Notes under the pieces: model-generated | Databases searched by the model: none | Seen by the model: the letters and a program-made list of their open reading frames with translations, nothing else | Told to the model about the DNA's origin: nothing | Translations under genes and position numbers: made by a program | From: Gammaproteobacteria bacterium | Lineage (GTDB): Bacteria; Pseudomonadota; Gammaproteobacteria; Arenicellales; DRJH01 | Assembly (NCBI GenBank): GCA_011052285.1 | Contig: DRJH01000455.1 | Location: 1 to 29,310, forward strand | DNA length: 29,310 nt | Direction: 5' to 3' | Shown here: positions 6,721 through 15,900 of the stretch, piece after piece | Position numbering within the stretch: position 1 is the stretch's first letter | How the letters are laid out: every line of letters starts with the position of its first letter

Positions 6721-9516
6721 TCAGCCGGTATTGCGCATCCCGGTTGCAATGGCATTAATGCTGCGTAGTAGTGGGATCAGCCATTGGTCATGCTGCTCGG
6801 CACTCTTGGCCGCACGACTGCAACGTAGCAGATGCACCTGTATGTGGTTGATGGGGTCGAGATAGGGGTCACGTCGTGACAGTGACAACTTGAGACTGGG
6901 GTTTTCATCCAGTAGCGAACCAATCCTGGCGATTTTTAGAATCATGCTGCAAGCCAGGCGGTATTCGGCAAGAATTTTTGGGTAAATTTGCTCTGCAGTG
7001 GCAGGTTGTTTGCAAAGCCCGGCATATTCGCGGGCGATATCCATCTGGCTTTTCGTTAACGCCATCTGGGAATTGCTTAAAAGGGCACGAAAATAGGGCC
7101 AGCTGGCATACATTTGCCGCAAGATTTGTATCCCTTCGGGCTGGCTGTTGCAAAATTCAGCCAATGCTGTGCCCAGGCCATACCAGCCGGGGAAGGTCTG
7201 CCGCGACTGCGCCCAGCCGAAAACCCAGGAAATCGCTCGAACCGAGGATTTAGAACGATCCTGCTTATGCCGATGGGAAGGTCTGGAACCGATATTCAGC
7301 AAAGAGATTTCAGCAACCGGAGTAGATTCATAAAAATAGTCGATCAGCCCTGGCGCCGTATCGGTCAAAGCCCGGTAGTGGGTTTCGGCTTGCCTTGCCA
7401 TTGCGTGCATACAATCGCCATAGGGCTCTCCCGCATCCTGCACTGACATCAACAAACTTCGACTGGCCTTCATCAGGCCGGTACAACCCATCGTCAGTTC
7501 GTAGATTGCGGTTTCCGGGTGCTGGTAACGAAAAGAAAGTACCTCACCCTGCTCAGTAAATTTTATCCTGCCACCGACCGTCCCTTGTGGCTGTGACAGA
7601 ATGGCTTCATGAGTTGGGCCACCGCCACGACCCACTGTGCCACCACGGCCGTGAAACAGCCGGATCTGCAGTCCATGATGGTCCGCGAGTGTTTTCACCT
7701 GCTGCTGGGCCTGATACAAGCCCCAGGAAGAAGCGAGAATCCCCCCGTCCTTGCACGAATCCGAATACCCCAGCATCACTTCCTGAAGATTACCACCGGC
7801 TGTAAGATACTCCTGATACAGGGTATTGGCGAACAGCGCGCCGAGCACATCCTGAATCCGACCAAGATCCTCGATGGTCTCAAACAACGGTGAGACCAGC
7901 AAATGACAGTACCGCCGACCCTGCGTAGTTCGGCCCACCAGACTCGTTTGCAGACCCAGAAACAACACTTCGAGCACATGACTGGCCTGGTGTGTCATGG
8001 AAACCACGTAACTACCGATGGCGCGTGGGCTGATTTCCTCGCGGATTTCGCGAATGACATGAAATACTTCCAGAACCCGGGCACTATTCGGACGTAGCTG
8101 CCGTTCATCGAAATTGAGCGCCTGCCCTCGCTCCAACTGCTGCTGCAGCGCAGTAATACGGGACGCTTCATCCAGTGCCAGATAATCGGACTGCCGGCGA
8201 CTTAACTGCAAAATCTCGGCCACAACCTGAGAATGCCGACTCGATTCTTCCCGAACATCAAGCCGTGCCAGATGAAAACCGAAGCAACGCACCAGGCGAA
8301 TCAAGTCCAGCAGCTCACCGCGGGCCATGGCAACATCGCCATGGCTACATAAGGATTGATAAATCAACTGCAGATCGTCAAGAAAGACTCGCGATTGTGG
8401 ATAAGCAAAATCGACTTCCCCATCAAGATATCCAGCGAGGCGCTGCTCCATTTTGCGCAAGCTGCAACGCAAACGATAGGCCATCATCGCCAATTTTCGC
8501 CGGTACGGCTCCTGGTGGAAAGCATCCGGCTCATCACGAAATACATATCGTGCCAATACCCGCTGCCGTTCAAGACTGCCACGAAATTCTTCAGAAACCT
8601 CGACCAGCTGACTGGAATGGGTCAAAACCTGAATTAAGGCTTCAACCCGTCGCAAGTATTCACGCAAAATCTCCCGGGCCTGCAAGCGTGACGCCTGGCG
8701 TGTGACCGCGGGGGTAATATAGGGATTGCCATCACGGTCACCACCGATCCAGGAGCCGAATCGCACCATATTCGGCACTTCAAGATCCTCGCTTTCTGCA
8801 CCATAGACCTCACTGAGGGTACGTTCCAAATTCCTATACAAACGTGGCAGGGCATGAAAAATTGAGGATCGAAAATAATACAGACCTGTCTTGATTTCCT
8901 GATCCGGAGTCGGTTTCAAGGCCCGTACTTCGTTGGTTTTCCACAATGACTGAATTTGTGCCTTAAGATCAGCAATCAACTCTTCACGGGATGCGCTCTG
9001 ATATTGCGGATTATCCAGTGCATTGCAGGTCAGAAACATACGCCGAAAAATTTGCAACACGGTACGACGCTTGGCCTCAGTGGGATGGGCGGTAAAAACC
9101 GGATAAAACTCCAATTGATTGAGAAGCTCCTGCAGCTGCTCCGCAGTAACCCCTTGTTGCTGGAATGTACGGATACATTCATCGAACGAGCCCACCCACA
9201 AGGGCTCTCCACTAATGGCCTGCAAACGACGTTGGCGATGGTTAAAGGTTTCCTCGGCCAGATTGACAAGGCTGAAATAGGTATTGAAGGCTCGCAAAAT
9301 ATGGGTCAATGTGGTGGGATCCTGGCGCTCGATAAAACGCATCAGACGTTTGCGACTTTGTGGATTTTCGTGTTTACGCAGATTGATAAAACCACGACGC
9401 AGTTTCTCTACCGCCGCCAACACGTCCGGTCCTTCTTGTTCTTCGAGCACTTCTCCAAGCAATCCACCCAGGAGTTTTACCCGCGAACGCAGTTCCCGAT
9501 CACTCAGCTTTTCCAT
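6721..9516 (-). CDS. ppc: Phosphoenolpyruvate carboxylase
   Basis: VFTAHPTE, FGSWIGGDRDGNP, QEVMLGYSDSCKDGG, FHGRGGTVGRGGGP and C-terminal MRNTG; 931 aa. Confidence 0.98.
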   Translation of the reverse strand: MEKLSDRELRSRVKLLGGLLGEVLEEQEGPDVLAAVEKLRRGFINLRKHENPQSRKRLMRFIERQDPTTLTHILRAFNTYFSLVNLAEETFNHRQRRLQAISGEPLWVGSFDECIRTFQQQGVTAEQLQELLNQLEFYPVFTAHPTEAKRRTVLQIFRRMFLTCNALDNPQYQSASREELIADLKAQIQSLWKTNEVRALKPTPDQEIKTGLYYFRSSIFHALPRLYRNLERTLSEVYGAESEDLEVPNMVRFGSWIGGDRDGNPYITPAVTRQASRLQAREILREYLRRVEALIQVLTHSSQLVEVSEEFRGSLERQRVLARYVFRDEPDAFHQEPYRRKLAMMAYRLRCSLRKMEQRLAGYLDGEVDFAYPQSRVFLDDLQLIYQSLCSHGDVAMARGELLDLIRLVRCFGFHLARLDVREESSRHSQVVAEILQLSRRQSDYLALDEASRITALQQQLERGQALNFDERQLRPNSARVLEVFHVIREIREEISPRAIGSYVVSMTHQASHVLEVLFLGLQTSLVGRTTQGRRYCHLLVSPLFETIEDLGRIQDVLGALFANTLYQEYLTAGGNLQEVMLGYSDSCKDGGILASSWGLYQAQQQVKTLADHHGLQIRLFHGRGGTVGRGGGPTHEAILSQPQGTVGGRIKFTEQGEVLSFRYQHPETAIYELTMGCTGLMKASRSLLMSVQDAGEPYGDCMHAMARQAETHYRALTDTAPGLIDYFYESTPVAEISLLNIGSRPSHRHKQDRSKSSVRAISWVFGWAQSRQTFPGWYGLGTALAEFCNSQPEGIQILRQMYASWPYFRALLSNSQMALTKSQMDIAREYAGLCKQPATAEQIYPKILAEYRLACSMILKIARIGSLLDENPSLKLSLSRRDPYLDPINHIQVHLLRCSRAAKSAEQHDQWLIPLLRSINAIATGMRNTG

Positions 9517-9788
9517 TACAGTGCCTGCCCTCCTATAATCAAATTACGATCAACTCGCAAATTACCATCAACCCGAAGGATATCAATCCACACCCATGAC
9601 CACAGCAAAGCACTCACCCTCCAACACAAAACACAACCAGGGTATCGGTGTCGTACAGGTATTGTCACGATAAGATCTGTCGGCTATTGTACCTGCAAGG
9701 CCCGAGCGTGATACCATCACAGCGATTTGTTTCCAAACAGTCAGGTCTGCAAAGCAGGATCACCCACCACCTCAATCTGCGAGATCAC

Positions 9789-10094
9789 GTGAATCAGAAC
9801 AACCAGGAAATCTCTGCCACACCTGCAGCGGCCACCAGTAAAAAACTTTACCTCTACCACTACGATGGCTGTCTGTTCTGCTGGCGAGTGAAACGGGTAA
9901 TCAACAAACTCGGCATTGATGTCGAGCTGCGTGATATTTGGGAGTCGAACGATTATCGCCAGCAACTGGTCAAAGCCTGTGGGCGTCAAACCGTCCCGGT
10001 GTTACTGGAAGTTACCGCCGACGGCAGAGAACAATGGATTCCCGAATCACGGGATATCATCAAACATTTGAACAAAATTCAACAACCGCACTGA
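9789..10094 (+). CDS. Glutaredoxin-like (GST N-terminal type) protein
   Basis: LYLYHYDGCLFCWRV (CxxC), GRQTVPVL (cis-Pro motif), ES.DII..L. Probable start GTG 9789; the ORF-track extension to 9648 looks non-coding. Confidence 0.85.
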   Translation: MNQNNQEISATPAAATSKKLYLYHYDGCLFCWRVKRVINKLGIDVELRDIWESNDYRQQLVKACGRQTVPVLLEVTADGREQWIPESRDIIKHLNKIQQPH

Positions 10095-10102
10095 GTCACA
10101 CC

Positions 10103-10729
10103 GTGGACACCGTAAAACCCGAAACGTTTGAGCCACACCTGGTAAGAGGCGTATCCATTAAACCCCCATTCCCCGAACCTATGCAACAGGCAATATTCGG
10201 CATGGGCTGTTTCTGGGGAGCGGAAAAAATTTTCTGGTCACGCCCTGGTATCTACGTTACCGCAGTCGGTTACAGTGGAGGAACTGTACCGCAACCGGAC
10301 TATCCGCAAGTTTGCCAGGGCGATAGTGGACACGCTGAAGTCGTGTTGGTGGTGTTCGACCCAGACCATATATCCTTCCACAAGCTATTGACCTTATTTT
10401 GGGAAAACCACGATCCCACCCAGGGCAACCGCCAGGGTAATGATATCGGCAGCCAATACCGCTCGGTGATTTATACCTTCGATGACCAACAGCGGCAACT
10501 CGCCATACAAAGCCGGCAGGACTATACTAAGGTACTGGAGCATGCCAACTATCCGGGCATTACCACCGAAATCAAGGCGGCCGGAGAATTCTTCTATGCC
10601 GAATCTTATCATCAACAATATCTGATAAAAAATCCACAGGGCTATTGCGTTCATACCAGCACTGGCATTCGCTGTCCACATACGGCCCGTCCCTTTACAC
10701 CAAACTCTGGAGACCCGATTGCACCGTGA
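10103..10729 (+). CDS. msrA: Peptide-methionine (S)-S-oxide reductase MsrA
   Basis: FGMGCFWGAE, GYSGG, GHAEVV, HDPTQGNRQGNDIGSQYRS, AESYHQQYL, GYC. Probable start GTG 10103, after the glutaredoxin stop. Confidence 0.95.
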   Translation: MDTVKPETFEPHLVRGVSIKPPFPEPMQQAIFGMGCFWGAEKIFWSRPGIYVTAVGYSGGTVPQPDYPQVCQGDSGHAEVVLVVFDPDHISFHKLLTLFWENHDPTQGNRQGNDIGSQYRSVIYTFDDQQRQLAIQSRQDYTKVLEHANYPGITTEIKAAGEFFYAESYHQQYLIKNPQGYCVHTSTGIRCPHTARPFTPNSGDPIAP

Positions 10730-11328
10730 CCATTACGACTCCCATTTTGATCGGTAGCCTCGTCCTCGCCTGTCTGGTAGGCATCCTGCTTGGCTACCTG
10801 GTAGCAGGCAACAAGCGCGATAGTCGCAAAGACAGGGCTCGAATTGCCGAGCTGGAATCCTCGCTGCAGGAATACAAGGATCAGGTACAGCAACATTTTT
10901 CCACAACAGCCAGCCTGTTTCAGGATCTGGGCCACAATTATCGCAATCTTTACAACTATATGGCAGAAAGTGCCAATGCATTGTGCCCGGAAATTCCGGA
11001 TACCGCGGCACTGCAGTTCGATGCAACAGATCTGTTGCCCGAACAAGAACAAGCCACGGTTGAAGAAACTACACAGGTGGCCTCTGCAGCGGCGGTTGCA
11101 GACAGCCCGCAGTCAGAACAAAAACCAGCAACACCCACAGACGATCCCGCAGTGGCTGACAAGAATTCGAATGCTGCAACACCACAGGTTGAATCAGATA
11201 CCATAACCGCCCCTGCAACACCATCAGCTGCCGTGAACACGGCCCCGACGCAAAATGAGACAGACACTCAAGACCCTGAGACGCCACAAACCGCCGGGGT
11301 GGTGCAAGCGAAAATATCGAACCCCTGA
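10726..11328 (+). CDS. YhcB/ZapG (DUF1043) family membrane-anchored protein
   Basis: GTGA overlap with the msrA stop; N-terminal TM helix, coiled coil, then QHFSTTASLFQDLGHNYRNLYNYMAESANAL; long Pro/Thr/Ala/Gln tail. Confidence 0.8.
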   Translation: MTITTPILIGSLVLACLVGILLGYLVAGNKRDSRKDRARIAELESSLQEYKDQVQQHFSTTASLFQDLGHNYRNLYNYMAESANALCPEIPDTAALQFDATDLLPEQEQATVEETTQVASAAAVADSPQSEQKPATPTDDPAVADKNSNAATPQVESDTITAPATPSAAVNTAPTQNETDTQDPETPQTAGVVQAKISNP

Positions 11329-11349
11329 AAGTACAATACACTCCTCGCA

Positions 11350-12081
11350 ATGGGCGCATTAACCTTCGAACATCGGACACAAAGCAGATCATCCACCCAG
11401 AGTTTTTCAAGAGGCTCTTACTACTATTTTCTGGCCGCTTTGGTGATGTTAACGATGAGCTCCCAAACGCTGGCCGCAGGGCAACAAAAAATTCCAGATT
11501 ACGAAACAGCCCGTGGGATTTTCTGGAACCAGCTCTACAACAAGGGAGGAATATCCCTGTATTGTGGCCGACAATTTAAGGGCCGTCGCCATCGCGGCTT
11601 AAACATTGAGCACGTCTTTCCCATGTCCTGGGTCACCAAAGCCTTGCGCTGTGGTGACCGCCAGCAGTGCCGCAATCGAAATCGGCAGTTCAACCGTATC
11701 GAAGGTGACTTACATAACCTCTACCCTGCCCTGATCTACATCAACAAGGCCCGTAGCAGCTTTCCCTTTGCGATGATTGCCGGAGAAAAACGCCGCTTTC
11801 GACGCTGCGATTTTGAAGTCAATGAATACAAACGTGTTGCCGAACCGCGACCTGCAGTCAGGGGCAATATCGCCCGAGCTATTTTTTACATGAGCTATAC
11901 CTACCGCCTGCCTTTATACCGCAAACAAATGAATCTACTGTTAAAGTGGCATCAGCAGGATCCACCAGATCGTGAAGAGAAACGACGTAATATGGTAATA
12001 GGGAAACTTGAAGGGGTGCGCAATCCATTTATCGATCGCCCGGCGGCTGCCCGTAGAATGATTACCAATGTTCGTTACTAA
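11350..12081 (+). CDS. Secreted endonuclease I family (EndA/Vvn-like) DNase
   Basis: LYCG, NIEHVFPMSW, DLHNLYPA..N..RS, EP....RGNIARAIFYM, W..QDPPD..E..RN..I...EG.RNPFI; hydrophobic leader. Confidence 0.9.
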   Translation: MGALTFEHRTQSRSSTQSFSRGSYYYFLAALVMLTMSSQTLAAGQQKIPDYETARGIFWNQLYNKGGISLYCGRQFKGRRHRGLNIEHVFPMSWVTKALRCGDRQQCRNRNRQFNRIEGDLHNLYPALIYINKARSSFPFAMIAGEKRRFRRCDFEVNEYKRVAEPRPAVRGNIARAIFYMSYTYRLPLYRKQMNLLLKWHQQDPPDREEKRRNMVIGKLEGVRNPFIDRPAAARRMITNVRY

Positions 12082-12100
12082 GAAACTGTAAATAAATAAC

Positions 12101-12346
12101 ATGGTCATGGTGCACCCTTCCTGCAGACTACGCCGGTCAGCCCTGTTCGTTCCTGCCGACAAGATCCGGGCAATTGAAAAGTCCCGCACCCAAGCAGCTG
12201 ATGCGCTGCTATTCGACCTCGAAGATGCAGTAGCACCGGCCAACAAGCAACAGGCTCGGGACCAGCTCACCAGAACGCTCAACATCGGATGCTGGCAGTG
12301 TTTGGAAAAAATTGTCCGCATCAATAGCGATGGAAACACTTTATGA
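12101..12346 (+). pseudogene. Truncated HpcH/HpaI aldolase / citrate lyase beta subunit (CitE-like)
   Basis: RRSALFVPADK...A.DALLFDLEDAVAPANKQQAR...VRIN then a stop at 81 aa, against roughly 290 aa for the family. No recognisable downstream half. Confidence 0.8.
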
Positions 12347-12413
12347 TAGATTATTTCATGATGAGACGAGCACTCATCATCTGTTGGCCCGGTCTGTTGG
12401 CCTGAGGTATTGG

Positions 12414-12605
12414 CTATCGATACTCTTTGGCGGCTGTAGTTACGTGGTTGCCACCATCAGCATAGCCTGCCGCATAGGCGGCGGTCACGTGCTGTTCTTC
12501 CCGCTTTGGATTCCCCAGATAACCACTTGCCCAACCTTGAATATACTCAGGGTCCGCGCCTGCCTCTTCGATCTGTTTGATAGTCTTGTAGTACATGTCG
12601 TCCAT
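12414..12605 (-). CDS. Alvin_2107-like small protein linked to sulfur-globule oxidation
   Basis: MYYKTIKQIEEAGADPEYIQGWASGYLGNPKREEQHVTAAYAAGYADG matches my recollection of this family (YIQGW-GGYL-NP-REEQR--EAY-AGY-DG). GAGGAG SD precedes ATG 12605. Confidence 0.7.
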   Translation of the reverse strand: MDDMYYKTIKQIEEAGADPEYIQGWASGYLGNPKREEQHVTAAYAAGYADGGNHVTTAAKEYR

Positions 12606-12648
12606 GGTCTCCTCACTGTTAATTTTCACATTGCTTATGATGGTCCGA

Positions 12649-12678
12649 AGTATAAGTATATGATGAATTTCTTGTCAA
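12649..12678 (-). promoter_or_regulatory. Sigma70-type promoter for the Alvin_2107-like gene
   Basis: Minus strand TTGACA (12678-12673), 18-nt spacer, TATACT (12654-12649). Confidence 0.65.
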
Positions 12679-12983
12679 TAAAATCGCTCCACAGGTGATG
12701 CCGAATTGTAACTCACCCGTGACCGCCTTGATCTTCTTGATATCCCCGGCATCCTGAGCAGGTCGAAAACTGCGAGTCATTCACCGTCGCGTCCTTCGTG
12801 CAGCAATTTTCTCTTCTCACCGTCAAATGAGTCCTGCAATCCATAATGCCTCCTGATGATCCAGTTCGCGTAATTGTATCGTCACTTGCACCTTTAGCAC
12901 AGTACCGCACAAGAAACTGAACCAGCAGCTGTCGGTTGACGACCAAGTCAATGTACGGTGTAATAGTACTTGATGAGGGAGTC

Positions 12984-15900
12984 ATGATGATACGCAACAA
13001 AACGATCGTAACTTTGTTTTTGATTGTGATGGCACTCGGTCTGAGCTCCAATCAGGCTGTGACAGCACAAGTTCAGACACATCTTCAAGGGCCAACTTCT
13101 CCAACAGCGTCCCAGATACGGGCCTTTTGCAAACAATATCGTGTGGCCGGGACAAAATACAAGGCACGCTACAAGGCACAATTTAGCCAGTATTGTGCAA
13201 ACACGAGCAACCTGCCTGCATCACCCCAAACGTCTTTCAACAAGCCTGCTGCCAATCCACCAGCCGCACATATTAATCAGCTCTGGATGCCGAAATGTTT
13301 GGCCAAAAACAGCCAAATTCGTGTCACTGGACAAAATTTCAGCACCAACACTGTTTCCTGCACCACGGAGCCTGCATTGGCCCTGCGCTTGTTTTCACAA
13401 ACGATTTCCACACTACGGTTTCAGGTCAAAACCACGCCCCAAGCCAAATCTTCCTACCGCATCCGCTGTACAGCAGGGCAACAGACACTCACCAGCCGGT
13501 GGGTCAACACTTGTCTTCAAAAGAACCACACCGCAAAGACCAATAGGGTTCGAAATATGGCTGATCAGCAACTGCCCGACCTGGCTGGCACACTGGCACT
13601 CCTGCCACCGACAGGAACGATAGGCAATCAACAACAAGGCATCAGGATCGAATATCGCAACCTCGGCAAAGGCAGAAACAGCAGTCGGTTCGCGATCGAG
13701 ATAACACTTTCGTCAATCCAACAAAAACATTTGAATACCAAGACAGCGGTCCTATTCAGTCGTAAAGCATTGGTCCGTCAGACCTTGCAAAGCAATACCG
13801 TACCCGCGCCCGGCGACAGGCATGCTGTCTTCGCCTCGATGCGACTGCCAAAGATACTTTTACCCGGAGACTATCGCTGGTGTGTTCGACTGGATACCCG
13901 TACCAGAATACCTGAAAGCAATGAGAACAATAACCGCTTCTGCCTGCGACAAAGACTTGGCAAATCGCCAACCCCAAGCACAAAACGCTCCAACATCTTC
14001 GGAAACAAACGTCCCAAGGCTCCGATCCAGGCAGGTCTGCAACCCCCATTTCGTGGTGGTACCAAACCACCACTACAGCCCGTACGTCAATTCCTGCAGA
14101 CTCTGCCAGAAGGTCTGCGCACTCTGGATGGTGGAATCCCTTTGCTGGTATTGAACCGCCGAATACTGGGGCCGGTATCTATTCCAATAACCGGAACAGC
14201 TGAGCTTAGCTGGGTGATTCCAGAAGCGGCCGGTGACCAGATGTTTCTTGTGATTAGCGAAAATAACCGCTATGTCTGTCCTGCAGGCCCGCTGGATACT
14301 CATCGTACAGAACTGGAGGCTCTCTCACTATCACCAGATGCCGGAGTAAAATCCCGGGAAGATGAAACTACGCTCAATCTTGGTGCCTATGGCAGACCAC
14401 GCACCTACTATCTTTGGGGTTGTGTAATTCAAAGTGGAACGTTGACGGGAATAAAAACCAATATCATCAGTATGCGGTTTGGCTTTTCCTCCGCAACTGT
14501 GGCGGGCCGTCATCTTCTACCCCGGCCAATACCGCCAGGGAGTATGAGTATTCCGGCTCAACCTACCGCTCGCACTGACCTGACGATCCGGGAGATCAGA
14601 AAGGTGTCCGATCGCCGCCTGTTTTTCTGGGTCGGTGCTACAAGACCCGGGATAATGAATCCACCGTTACAGGCCTTTGCGTGGAAAATTACTATCATCA
14701 ATCTGGCTCAGTTTCTCAGTATAACTTCTTCAGAGACACTGGCCACACTTGAGGGTGATGACCGCAACGTATTCATCTTTCAGGGTGAGGGGCGTATACG
14801 TGAGATGGGCCTGCTTGGTATTGGTGACATGATCACTACCAATGTAAACAATTTCAGCTCCCGATCATGGGCAGTTCTGCTACAAATCAATCCCGGACCA
14901 CATCGGCCAGATGACCCGGATCGCGTGGCACTGATAGTTGATGCCGACCGTCCCGACTATCGCGAATCAAATTACCAAAACAATAATAAAACCATGATCA
15001 TCGGCAATTTGCATACAAATTCTTTGGGCATCCTCGGACTCAATGTAGTCAATAGCGGCCCGGGCTGGGCAATTTTTTCCCTGCACTATCTCAAACGGAC
15101 ATTCGATGCAATCGTCGTGAAGTTACTGTTACGCAATCGCGACGCAGATCCTCGTCATGACCTCAAGATCGATTGTACCAATGGCCCGGAAGGTTATTCA
15201 TTCATCACCGCCGAATTTGGTGAGCGTATTGCTTATTTTCACTGTCGACGACCCGACGGAGCACCTGTCAGCTTCGTTTATTCACAAGCTATCGCACGAC
15301 TGGATGCCGCCTATCCACCCCCCCACACCACACGTCGCTATGCATATCGAACCTATAACATCGACCTGGACTGGAGCCAGCCAAATCGCCCCGGTCCCAG
15401 TCTCTCCGACCTGGTGGCGGGCATCAACCGGGTAGAAACCGGTGTTGCCGGTTTTGGCGGAACCATTGAAGTATCGATCACGAATCACGGAGTGGTAACA
15501 GCGCGCAATGTGAGCAGCCGTTTTGGTCTCTCGACAATTGATGGTCTTAGGCGATATGCCAGGTGGCTCATTTTTCCAGAGATACGCGTCGGGCAAACCT
15601 TAACACAAACCATTCAGATCCCCGGCCGGATTGAACATGTGTCCGGGAACATTGCCGGATGGGTTGTCGACCCGGACAACCGTGAAGTAGAGAGCAACGA
15701 AACCAATAATATCCTAGACAGGACAATGCCTGGCGCACGCAGAATAGGCCAGGTCAGTCTCACATCATCCTCTGTGGCGACCGGCAAGTTCACCGGATTG
15801 CAGGACCGCCGCGGTGTCTGTCCTGATGCCGTAGGCGGTCATACCTGGCCGACTCAGCTGCGTGCTTCACCCCGCAACCAGGTGGTTCTTGTCGGTTATC

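Noticed and set aside
8956-9711. Long antisense ORFs (e.g. 8956-9711, 20655-21434, 18686-19187)
   Set aside because: Shadow frames opposite well-conserved ppc and dpp genes, with no motifs or SD.
9938-10102. Glutaredoxin-MsrA fusion or long MsrA N-terminus
   Set aside because: Different frames, and the glutaredoxin has its own stop at 10094; the extension is non-homologous read-through.
12312-12698. 128-aa plus-strand ORF as the continuation of citE
   Set aside because: Beyond the first few codons it has no CitE motifs and is antisense to the Alvin_2107-like gene.
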